The translations under genes were made by a program, and so were the position numbers. A DNA stretch of 64,000 nucleotides. Origin: an uncultured Clostridia bacterium (GTDB lineage Bacteria > Bacillota > Clostridia > Christensenellales > UBA1242). The notes beneath the pieces were generated by a model. That model saw nothing but the letters and a program-made list of their open reading frames with translations, was not told the DNA's origin and did no database searches. Where the stretch lies: NCBI GenBank assembly GCA_934771475.1, contig CAKVMD010000002.1, forward strand, positions 29,883 to 93,882. Reading direction: 5' to 3'. Below, piece after piece: positions 28,705-37,131 of the stretch; within the stretch, counting starts at the first letter, position 1; every line of letters begins with the position of its first letter.

Positions 28705-28962
28705 TTATTTTTTAGCCTCTTCGGCTTTCTTTAAAATTTTTTTAATCTTTGCTCTACAATGTTTAAAGGCCTTTTCAAGGGAGCCTTCGCCGTAGAAAAT
28801 CTTATAACTTTCGCCATAAGTGAACATTTTGTTAAACTCTTCTTCAAGGCTTGTTAAAAGTTTTTCTATATCTTTATTGTCGCATTTGACAGAGCACGCT
28901 TTTTCTCTTCCGCCGTCTAGCCAAATATATATATCTTTGACACAATTCTTTTTCTTTTCCAT
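28705..28962 (-). CDS. hypothetical small protein, 85 aa
   Basis: ORF 6 nt downstream of the HEPN-like/CBS gene, so apparently co-transcribed. Lys-rich C-terminus. Confidence 0.55.
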   Translation of the reverse strand: MEKKKNCVKDIYIWLDGGREKACSVKCDNKDIEKLLTSLEEEFNKMFTYGESYKIFYGEGSLEKAFKHCRAKIKKILKKAEEAKK

Positions 28963-28968
28963 AATATC

Positions 28969-29700
28969 CTAATAATTTTCTATGACATTTTGTGCCTCAA
29001 CAATATTTGATGAGGTCATTATGCCGATAGGCAATTCATTAGTTGTCCCCCTTTTAGTAAACAAGATTGCAAGCAATTTGTGATTGCTGTTAAACTCTTC
29101 AAGCGCATCTTCCACTGTGCAATCTTCTTTCTTTACGCAATAATAGTTCGTGTTTTCAATGGAAGAAAGCATATCTTCAATTTGGACATTATCCAAAAAT
29201 GTCATTGGCTTTCCGCCAGAAAGCAAATATTGTCCCATGGAATTGATTATTTTTTGTCCATTTGCAACTCCAATAAGCGCGCCGTTTTTATATACTGGCA
29301 AGTTTGAATATCCGCTAGACGACATGAGCATAATAACATCTCTCATGCTTTTGTCGGCCGGAACCGTCAAAACATCCCTTATCGCTATGCTGTCAAGAGC
29401 GCGTGGAGGCGTGGTTATTAATTTTTCGATATGCTCTATGTTTTCAACCACGGAATTGTGAGGTTCGGCAATAACAAAATCTTCGTTATTATTGTGAACT
29501 ATCGCATTTCTTAATCTTCCATAATCAATAAGGTCATCTTCGTATTTACGCACAGTATAATTTAGCGATGCAGTTTTTCTTATAAGGTCTGAAAAACCCA
29601 TTGAACGGTGAAAATCATATCTTCGTTTGAGAGCATAGTCTATGTTATTATATGCATCCAAGAAGCGTTTTGAGTTGTTGAATAATTCCCTATCCTCCAT
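28969..29700 (-). CDS. CBS-pair protein with N-terminal HEPN-like domain
   Basis: Residues of about 105-243 look like two CBS repeats. The N-terminal ~100 aa are helical and carry RLRNAIVH (RNxxxH, the Rx4-6H HEPN signature). Confidence 0.75.
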   Translation of the reverse strand: MEDRELFNNSKRFLDAYNNIDYALKRRYDFHRSMGFSDLIRKTASLNYTVRKYEDDLIDYGRLRNAIVHNNNEDFVIAEPHNSVVENIEHIEKLITTPPRALDSIAIRDVLTVPADKSMRDVIMLMSSSGYSNLPVYKNGALIGVANGQKIINSMGQYLLSGGKPMTFLDNVQIEDMLSSIENTNYYCVKKEDCTVEDALEEFNSNHKLLAILFTKRGTTNELPIGIMTSSNIVEAQNVIENY

Positions 29701-29842
29701 ACCTTCCCCTTTTAAACATATTTATTATAACATATTTGCCCTTGCAATTAAAACGATTTTGCGCCTCCACAAGTGGTTTTAAAAAGAAAATATTGATTTA
29801 ACAAAATTTTACACTTTATTTTAAGAAATTCTCATTTTTTTA

Positions 29843-29871
29843 TTGCAAAATTATTATTTTTTTGCTAGAAT
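29843..29871 (+). promoter_or_regulatory. sigma-A type promoter of SRP RNA
   Basis: TTGCAA (29843-29848), 17 nt, TGC-TAGAAT (extended -10, 29863-29871). Confidence 0.6.
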
Positions 29872-29877
29872 AATTAA

Positions 29878-30150
29878 ACCGAGCTAGACGGAGAGTTAGC
29901 GGTGCTCTGTTACCCACAATCCGCTATAGTGGGGTTGAATGCTTTTAGCGGTTTAATTTTTGTAAATATGTGCATGATTTTATCGTGATGAAATTAAGGT
30001 CTTATGCAATCAAAATCTTTGAATCGTGTCAGGACCTGACGGTAGCATCACTAAGAGGACACTTTGGTGTGCCATGAGGTAACTTTGGTGGAGCGATAAA
30101 AGCGTGAGGCAGTTATGAACTTTTTATCAATAAAAGATGCTCGGTGCGTC
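29878..30150 (+). ncRNA. ffs: SRP RNA, long Bacillus-type with Alu domain (ends approximate)
   Basis: Alu-domain motifs GGUGCUCUGUUACCC...AAUCCGC...GGGGUUGAA. Domain IV motif GUGUCAGGACCUGACGGUAGCAUCACUAAG. About 270 nt. Own promoter and terminator. Confidence 0.88.
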
Positions 30151-30173
30151 TATTACAAGCGTTTGCTTGAATA

Positions 30174-30211
30174 AATAAAAAAATTCACTAGGATTTCCTA
30201 GTGGATTTTTT
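30174..30211 (+). terminator. intrinsic terminator of SRP RNA
   Basis: CACTAGGA/TCCTAGTG hairpin followed by TTTTTT. Confidence 0.75.
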
Positions 30212-30221
30212 GTTTGGTGAG

Positions 30222-30383
30222 TTTTGGGCTTTGTTAAGATTTGCCTTATAGAGCGCTCTTGCCCCGCTCAAAAATCAGAAAATTTTACGAGTAAAATTTT
30301 GGTGCCCATAAGGGGCGCGCTTTGCGCAAGGCGCAAAGCATGATTTTTGAGCGGGTGCAAGAAGCGAACCTAAAAGCCCAAAG
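30222..30383. other. ~160-nt GC-enriched multi-hairpin element (long imperfect inverted repeat enclosing three hairpins)
   Basis: Pairings read directly from the sequence:
- 30223-30232 with 30373-30382 (10 bp)
- 30254-30277 with 30341-30366 (about 24 bp, 2 bulges)
- inner hairpin 30279-30300 (9 bp)
- inner hairpin 30319-30339 (9 bp, loop AAG)
The strand of any transcript is unknown. Confidence 0.6.
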
Positions 30384-30424
30384 AAAAAAGTCATTTATAA
30401 GCCAAATATGTTTGGTTACTTCAA

Positions 30425-30610
30425 TTATTTGTTTTTATCGGCAACTTTCTTCATTTGCCCTTTTGCTTTTTGCTCTAACTTTTCAACGCCTTCAACAATG
30501 GCTTTTTCGCCCTTATTGAACGCTTGCTTTGAGCATGAGGAATATTTATATAAAACCATTCCTGTTACAAGACCTACACCAAAGCCCATAAGCATCATAA
30601 AGTCTTTCAT
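30425..30610 (-). CDS. YtxH-like small membrane-anchored protein (start at MKDFMML)
   Basis: AAGGAGGGG RBS before ATG 30608-30610. N-terminal hydrophobic helix followed by a Lys/Glu-rich helix. Confidence 0.55.
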   Translation of the reverse strand: MKDFMMLMGFGVGLVTGMVLYKYSSCSKQAFNKGEKAIVEGVEKLEQKAKGQMKKVADKNK

Positions 30611-31019
30611 GTTCCCCTCCTTGCATTTAGTATCCCCCACATTGCGAAAAATATCCAATTTTGTCATGTTTAAGATAAACATTTGCCTTTTCATAAAAAG
30701 CCTACAAAAACGCTCTTCCTAAACGCTATCCTTGCGCGCCTAGTAAACAGTCTCTTAAACAGCACCTTAAATTATCAAACATACCAAATCTATTTAATAA
30801 CTTAGCCTCGCTGTATAAAAAGATAACCCACATTAAGTACAAAAAGCTTCGATGATTGCTTCGATAACATCTTGTTTATAACTCATTTCTTATTAATAAC
30901 AAAACTTGTTAAAAACAAAAAAACACGCATTTAAGTTTTAAATTAACCTTTTTATGCGTGTTTTTATGTATTTTAGTTAAAATTAACATTTGTTTTTGCA
31001 ATTTAATTTGCAAAGCACC

Positions 31020-31400
31020 TTATTTAACTATTTCTTGTTTTTTGTAGTAGTCTTCAACTGCGTTTTTGATTGCTTCTTCTGCAAGGCTAGCAGAATAAAG
31101 TCTTGCTTCTGGGACATCTCCCATTTCGTCTAAAATATCTCTTGCAGTGATTTCAAGAGCGCGGTCAAGGGTTTTTCTTTCAATAAGTTCACAAGCAATA
31201 TCGCTTGCAACTATCGTGCAAACCTTTCCATAGGCTTTAAACTTTGCAGTTTCAATTCTGCCATTTTCATCAACAAGAATGTACAGCCTTACGAGGTCTC
31301 CGCATTCACTATCGCCCGCCTTTCCGGTTCCGCTTGCGCCTCTTAGTCCGCCAGCGTGTTCAGGAGTAGCAAATCTTTTCATAATGGTTTCGTTAAACAT
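31020..31400 (-). CDS. nifU: Fe-S cluster assembly scaffold NifU/IscU-type
   Basis: GDSECGDLVRLYI... and the conserved Cys pattern of IscU-like scaffolds. Directly downstream of nifS. Confidence 0.9.
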   Translation of the reverse strand: MFNETIMKRFATPEHAGGLRGASGTGKAGDSECGDLVRLYILVDENGRIETAKFKAYGKVCTIVASDIACELIERKTLDRALEITARDILDEMGDVPEARLYSASLAEEAIKNAVEDYYKKQEIVK

Positions 31401-31402
31401 AA

Positions 31403-32578
31403 TTATTTCCTCCCCGCTTTTGAAAGTGCTGAAATAGACCTGAGTTTTTCAACCGCTTTTGAAAGCACTTCAATAACATAGTCTATATCTGCCTTAGATA
31501 TATTTTTGCTGAAAGAAAATCTTAATGACCCGCGAGCGAGTTTTTCATCAAGTCCCATTGCTTCAAGCACATGGCTTGGTTCGATAGAATTTGAAGTGCA
31601 CGCTGAACCAGTAGAAACAGCAACTCCTTCCATATCAAGAAGCATAAGCAAACTTTCGTTGTCTACCATTTCAAATGAAAGGTTTACAATTCCATTTACC
31701 TTTTGTTGTGGATGACCATTAACTGAAACATACTCAATTTTGTCTTTAACATTTGAAATAAAGTAGTCCCTTATTCCGCGAAGTTTTTGTTGATTAATAA
31801 TAATATCACGACTTGCAATTTCCATTGCTTTACCAAAGCCCGCAATAGCAGGGACATTTAATGTTCCCCCTCTCTTGGCGCGCTCTTGGCTTCCACCTAC
31901 GATAAGAGGTTCAATTTTAATCCCCTCTTTTACATAGAGGCAACCAATTCCTTTTGGTCCAAAAATTTTGTGCGCTGAAAGGCTCATTGCGTCAATTTCC
32001 ATATCTTGAACATCAAGTTTGATTGCGCCAGCCGCTTGAACTGCGTCAGTGTGGAAAACTAGGCCATAATCATGAGCGATTTTGCCGATTGCCTTGATGT
32101 TTTGGATAGTACCAACTTCGTTATTAACAGCCATGATTGAAACGAGGGTTGTTGTAGGCTTGATAGAGTGCAAAAGTTCAGCGAGATTAACAAGCCCTGT
32201 GCTGTCAACATTAAGGTATGTTACTTCATATCCCTCTTCTTCAAGTTTTTTGCAAGCATCTAAAACTGCGTGATGCTCAATTTTGCTTGTAATAATGTGT
32301 TTACCCTTGCCAGAAAGCGCATGAGCAAGTCCAATTATTGCCCAGTTGTCAGCCTCAGTTCCGCCAGAGGTGAAATAAATTTCATTTGCCATTTTTGCAT
32401 TAATTGCGTGCTTAATTCTATCTCTTGCTCTATCCACAATGGCATTTGCATCGCGTCCATAAGAATGAACCGAGTTGCTGTTGCCATAAATTGCGTTAAA
32501 ACAAGGGAGCATTTCTTGCAAAACTTCGCTTGAAACGAAAGTTGTTGCAGCGTTATCAAGATAAATTCTTCTTGCCAT
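31403..32578 (-). CDS. nifS: cysteine desulfurase NifS
   Basis: PLP-lysine motif SLSAHKIFGPKGIG and active-site loop STGSACTS. Confidence 0.93.
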   Translation of the reverse strand: MARRIYLDNAATTFVSSEVLQEMLPCFNAIYGNSNSVHSYGRDANAIVDRARDRIKHAINAKMANEIYFTSGGTEADNWAIIGLAHALSGKGKHIITSKIEHHAVLDACKKLEEEGYEVTYLNVDSTGLVNLAELLHSIKPTTTLVSIMAVNNEVGTIQNIKAIGKIAHDYGLVFHTDAVQAAGAIKLDVQDMEIDAMSLSAHKIFGPKGIGCLYVKEGIKIEPLIVGGSQERAKRGGTLNVPAIAGFGKAMEIASRDIIINQQKLRGIRDYFISNVKDKIEYVSVNGHPQQKVNGIVNLSFEMVDNESLLMLLDMEGVAVSTGSACTSNSIEPSHVLEAMGLDEKLARGSLRFSFSKNISKADIDYVIEVLSKAVEKLRSISALSKAGRK

Positions 32579-32868
32579 AAAAATTCTCCTTTACTTAGAA
32601 TATTTTACCACTCTTTGCTTTTATTGTCAATAGACATTATTCTCAAAATATCCTGCAAAAACTCAAAAAATGCTCAATTTAATAAAAAAATCATTAAAAA
32701 ACACAAAAAATGGGCATTTTATACCCATTTTTATGAAATTATCTGAATTTCTTAGCCAAACAAGCTTACTTTCTACAAACGAAATTTTTAATTCAAAATA
32801 TAAGTAGCACTGCATTTTAACCAGCAAAATAATGGTTGTTTTTTAATTTGGTTAATTATAAAAGATGG

Positions 32869-33174
32869 CTACATTTTGTCAAGTTCTTCTCTTACCTCTT
32901 CTTCTTGCATAAGCCCAACGTGTTTTGAAACCATTTGCCCATCTTTAAAGAAAACAAGTGTTGGGATTGAAAGGACGCCAAACCGTCTTGAAAGATTTTC
33001 GCATTCATCAACATCAACTTTGATTATTTTTTCGTCCGATTTGAGAGAGCCTTCCATGCGCTCAAAAATTTGTCCCATCATTTTGCATGGCATACACCAA
33101 GTTGCGAAAAAGTCAACAACAACTTTGCCTGATTTTACCTCTTCCTCAAAATCTTTTTCTTCAATAATTTTCAT
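32869..33174 (-). CDS. trxA: thioredoxin
   Basis: WCMPCK active site; about 100 aa. Confidence 0.93.
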   Translation of the reverse strand: MKIIEEKDFEEEVKSGKVVVDFFATWCMPCKMMGQIFERMEGSLKSDEKIIKVDVDECENLSRRFGVLSIPTLVFFKDGQMVSKHVGLMQEEEVREELDKM

Positions 33175-33848
33175 ATTTCCTCCCTAATAATTTTATTTAT
33201 CACAACACTTGCAAGTACATTTCCACAAACCGCTGGATAATAACTTATACTTGCGACCGGTTTCCCTTTTCTGCAAGGCGAAGAAGAGGAAGTTACAACT
33301 TCAAGTTTTTTCACTCCTCTTTCTTTGAGTTTTTTCCTCAAAACTTTTGCGAGCCCATCATCGTGGGTTTTGTAAATGTCTGTCAGTTTAAACTCCGGCA
33401 AATCATATCTATTACCTGCCCCCATCGCAGAAACTATTGGAATATTGTTTTCTTTGCAATAGCAAATTAGTTCCACTTTGTCCGCCACCGAGTCGATGGC
33501 ATCAATGACAATATTACTTCCATTTACAAGCCTTGGGATATTATCTTTCGTTGCCATTTCTTCAAAGGTTTCAACTTTTGCCCTATTATTTATGAACATT
33601 ATCATCTCTTTTAAAACATCAACCTTTGCTCTGCCTATCGTTTGGTCATTTGCGACCACTTGACGATTAGCGTTAGATGACGCCACTTTGTCAAAATCAA
33701 CCAATCTAATACGCTCAATTCCGCCACGCACCAGAGCCATTACAGCGTGTCCGCCTACTCCGCCCGTACCAACAACCGTAACAAAAGTACGCTCAATTTT
33801 TTCAAGAGCGTCAGCGCCAATTAAAAGTTCGGTTCGCGATTTATCCAT
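33171..33848 (-). CDS. tcdA: ThiF/TcdA-family tRNA threonylcarbamoyladenosine dehydratase
   Basis: Rossmann motif VVGTGGVGGH, ...SNANRQ...; size and pattern of TcdA (CsdL). Confidence 0.8.
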   Translation of the reverse strand: MDKSRTELLIGADALEKIERTFVTVVGTGGVGGHAVMALVRGGIERIRLVDFDKVASSNANRQVVANDQTIGRAKVDVLKEMIMFINNRAKVETFEEMATKDNIPRLVNGSNIVIDAIDSVADKVELICYCKENNIPIVSAMGAGNRYDLPEFKLTDIYKTHDDGLAKVLRKKLKERGVKKLEVVTSSSSPCRKGKPVASISYYPAVCGNVLASVVINKIIREEI

Positions 33849-33856
33849 TTTGTCCT

Positions 33857-35152
33857 CTATAATACATATTTAGCAAGGTCAAATTTTTTCTTTGTTGATT
33901 TGAAGGCGTTTTGAACATACGCTCTGTCAATCTTGACATCAAACATTGGATGAAGACCAGTAGCATTGAAAGAAATATCTTCAAGCAAACTTTCCATAAT
34001 TGTGTGAAGGCGTCTTGCTCCGATATTTTCGCTGGTTTCATTTTCAGCGACTGCCATAAGTGCGATTTCTTCAATCGCATCGTCAGTAAATTCAAGATTT
34101 ATATTGTCTACTCTCAAAATTGAAGCATATTGCTTACAAATTGAGTTTTTAGGTTCTTTTAAAATGCGTTTAAAGTCGTCTGTTGTCAAACTTTCAAGGT
34201 CAACTCTTATTGGGAAACGCCCTTGCAATTCAGGAATCATATCTTCTATGTTTGCAACATGGAAAGCGCCCGCTGCAATGAAAAGAATAAAGTCGGTTTT
34301 AACATTGCCATATTTGGTTGCAACCGTGCTTCCTTCCACAATAGGAAGGATATCTCTTTGCACCCCTTCTCTTGAAACATCTTGTTTGTTTGAAGGACCT
34401 TCTCCGCCAATAATCTTATCTATTTCATCAATGAAAATGATGCCCTCTTCCTCAGTTCTTCTAATTGCCTCGGCATACACATTATCCTTATCAACCACCT
34501 TATCGCACTCTTCTGCAAGGAGCATATCTCTTGCCTTTGAAACAATAACTTTGCGTTTAGACCTCTTTTGAGGAAGTATTCCATCAAAAATTGAGCCTAT
34601 ACTCATTTCTGCGCCACCCATAGCAAGCATAGGTTTTGGAGATTCGGTTACGAAAATGTCAACTTGCTCATCTTCAAGAAGACCTTTTTTCAAGTTCTCC
34701 TCAACCTCTGTTCTGTCAACCGTTTGCCCTTGCGCGCGTCTTGAATCACAAATTGCATTTACAAGTTTTTCGTCAACTGCTGGCTTAACTTTCGACTCCA
34801 TTTCATGATTCTTTTCATCTTTAACCATTCTTACAGCAACTTCTACAAGGTCGCGAATCATGCTTTCAACATCTCTGCCCACATATCCCACTTCGGTGTA
34901 TTTTGTGGCTTCAATTTTGATAAAAGGCGCTTTTACAAGTTTTGCCAGTCGCCTTGCAATTTCAGTTTTCCCCACACCTGTTGGACCTTTCATAATGATA
35001 TTTTTAGGAGTAATTTCTTCTCTCTCTTCTTTTGTAAGTTTGCTCCTTCTATATCTGTTTCGAAGTGCAACCGCAACAGCGCGCTTTGCCTTTGATTGGC
35101 CAATAATATATTTATCAAGTTCTTCAACTATTTCTTTTGGTGTTAAGTTCAT
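33857..35152 (-). CDS. hslU: ATP-dependent protease ATPase subunit HslU (start at MNLTPKEIV)
   Basis: N-terminal LTPKEIVEELDKYIIGQ, Walker A GPTGVGKTEIARRLA, typical length. Confidence 0.95.
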   Translation of the reverse strand: MNLTPKEIVEELDKYIIGQSKAKRAVAVALRNRYRRSKLTKEEREEITPKNIIMKGPTGVGKTEIARRLAKLVKAPFIKIEATKYTEVGYVGRDVESMIRDLVEVAVRMVKDEKNHEMESKVKPAVDEKLVNAICDSRRAQGQTVDRTEVEENLKKGLLEDEQVDIFVTESPKPMLAMGGAEMSIGSIFDGILPQKRSKRKVIVSKARDMLLAEECDKVVDKDNVYAEAIRRTEEEGIIFIDEIDKIIGGEGPSNKQDVSREGVQRDILPIVEGSTVATKYGNVKTDFILFIAAGAFHVANIEDMIPELQGRFPIRVDLESLTTDDFKRILKEPKNSICKQYASILRVDNINLEFTDDAIEEIALMAVAENETSENIGARRLHTIMESLLEDISFNATGLHPMFDVKIDRAYVQNAFKSTKKKFDLAKYVL

Positions 35153-35153
35153 T

Positions 35154-35693
35154 TTAAACCTCCTCAACTGTTACATGGTCATTTGTATAAACACAAATTT
35201 GTCCAGCAATTTCAAGCGCCTTTGTTGCAATCTCTTTTGCTGAAAGATTGGTGTTTTGTTTTAATGCTTTTGCGGCGGCAAGAGCAAAGTTTCCGCCCGA
35301 GCCGATTGCGCAAATGTCATCATCTGGCTCAATAACTTCCCCAGTTCCCGAAACCATCAAAAGTCTCTCTTTGTCAGCAACAATCATAAGTGCGTCAAGT
35401 TTTCTTGAAGCCTTGTCTTCTCTCCAAAGCCCTGCAAGTTCAACCGCACTTCTCATAAGGTTGCCAGAAAATTTGTTTAACATATTCTCAAATTTTTCAC
35501 AAAGAGAAAAGGCATCACTAACTGAGCCGGCAAAGCCAATAACGACCTTATCATCGTAAATTCTTCTCACTTTATGGGCTGTGCTTTTAAACACCACACT
35601 TTCCCCCATTGTAACTTGCCCATCCCCAGCAATGGCGATGTGCCCGTCTCTTTTCACTCCACAAATTGTAGTTCCTCTAAACATACTTTCCAT
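35154..35693 (-). CDS. hslV: ATP-dependent protease subunit HslV
   Basis: N-terminal [11 protein letters not shown] (catalytic Thr). AAGGAGGA RBS before ATG 35691-35693. Confidence 0.93.
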   Translation of the reverse strand: MESMFRGTTICGVKRDGHIAIAGDGQVTMGESVVFKSTAHKVRRIYDDKVVIGFAGSVSDAFSLCEKFENMLNKFSGNLMRSAVELAGLWREDKASRKLDALMIVADKERLLMVSGTGEVIEPDDDICAIGSGGNFALAAAKALKQNTNLSAKEIATKALEIAGQICVYTNDHVTVEEV

Positions 35694-36879
35694 TATAATC
35701 CTCCTTAAATTTTGCAAGTTCCTCCATTGAACGCTTTGCAAAAATATCTACAATATTTTCTTTTTCAAGGTCAGCATCTGAAAAAATTTGATAATCTTCC
35801 AAAAAGCCACCCATAATTCTATCTTGTGTTGCTATCATTTTCACCATTTTGCCCATTGCGGTAAGCGGAGAAAAGTCGACCATTGCTCTTTCTTGCACAT
35901 ATTTCAAAACGCAAAGCGCAGTGTAAAGCCCGCTTGCGATGCAGTCAACATATCCACTGATTCCTAAAATCGACCCAGCAAAAAATATATTTTTATGGGC
36001 AAGTGATTGGTGATAATTATTAACCACATAAGGCGAAGAAATCTGGCAAACTTTAAGCATTTTTCCACTTGAAACAAGTTTGGCATCTTTTAAAAAATCA
36101 ATTTTTGAAAATATCCTTTCTTGTGAAGAAATTGGCAAAGTGCTTGCAAGCCCAATTCCTAAAAGCCCTTTTGTAGACTTTCCAAACTTTACAGTGGCGT
36201 AAGGTCGCTCATCGGCAAAGTTGGGCACAGGTCGCAATGCAAAATCGCGAAGAGCATTTTTGCTTTCAAATGCAAGTTTTTCAATGGTGCCAGAGAGCAT
36301 ATCTTCTTTTAAAATCTCATTTTCTCTCACTTCGTCAAGCACGCCATTTATAAACTTTATGTACTCGTCATACCCTAGCCCCAAAAGTTTGTTTCCGTTT
36401 CGCTCCTCTAGTCCTATCCCACTTTTATCAAAAATAGGATAAAGTGGCATATACGAATGGCATAGCATTCCACCGAAAATTTTTACTAGAAAGTCGCTCA
36501 TGCCCTCATCAGTATAACTTCCTGTGGCAATAACTGTAACTTCCCCCGGATTTAACTCATGCACGCAAGCGTTTATAACCTTAATATTAGGATGCTGAGA
36601 TATAAGAGTCTTTCCGAGTTGCAAAATTTCATTTTCACATAGCCCTTGTTTTTCACCATAGCAAATAAGCGGACTTCCAAGCCCTTCAAGTTCTTTTGAA
36701 AGCAGTTTTTGTGTTTTTTCTTTGACAAGGGAGGCATTTTCATCAAAAACATCCTTTTCAAACACTCTTCCAGAGTCAAAAATATGAACTTTCACTCCAT
36801 GGCTTGCCAAAAATAGCGCACACTCAATTCCGGCAAAGCCAGCACCAATAATGTTAACAAACTTTCTATTAAATGGCAT
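35677..36879 (-). CDS. trmFO: TrmFO-like FAD-dependent tRNA (uracil-5-)-methyltransferase (divergent, 400 aa)
   Basis: FAD motif [12 protein letters not shown] and C-terminal [20 protein letters not shown]. Occupies the position between topA and hslVU, as in Bacillus. Confidence 0.72.
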   Translation of the reverse strand: MPFNRKFVNIIGAGFAGIECALFLASHGVKVHIFDSGRVFEKDVFDENASLVKEKTQKLLSKELEGLGSPLICYGEKQGLCENEILQLGKTLISQHPNIKVINACVHELNPGEVTVIATGSYTDEGMSDFLVKIFGGMLCHSYMPLYPIFDKSGIGLEERNGNKLLGLGYDEYIKFINGVLDEVRENEILKEDMLSGTIEKLAFESKNALRDFALRPVPNFADERPYATVKFGKSTKGLLGIGLASTLPISSQERIFSKIDFLKDAKLVSSGKMLKVCQISSPYVVNNYHQSLAHKNIFFAGSILGISGYVDCIASGLYTALCVLKYVQERAMVDFSPLTAMGKMVKMIATQDRIMGGFLEDYQIFSDADLEKENIVDIFAKRSMEELAKFKEDYNGKYV

Positions 36880-37131
36880 ATTGCTCCTTGCAACAAAGAT
36901 TAGTTACATAGACAGCATAACACATTTTAACAAAATTTCAAATCATTTTAGCATATCTTAACTCTTTTCTTGTGTCGCATTTTGAAAATTGGTTAAATAA
37001 AGGCGAGCCTTTCTAGCTCGCCATCTATTTCTTTTTTAGTTAGAGTTAATTATTCTTTTTTAGCCATCTTGATTTTCAAATTGATTTCTTAAATCACTCA
37101 AAAAGCGCTTGAAAAAGCGCTTGAAGAAAAA

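Noticed and set aside
30322-30722. ORFs 30322-30519(+) and 30408-30722(+), and the long version (from 30694) of the minus-strand ORF.
   Set aside because: The plus-strand ORFs run through the palindromic element and antisense to the ytxH-like gene, and they have no RBS. The minus-strand gene has a strong RBS at the internal ATG (30610).
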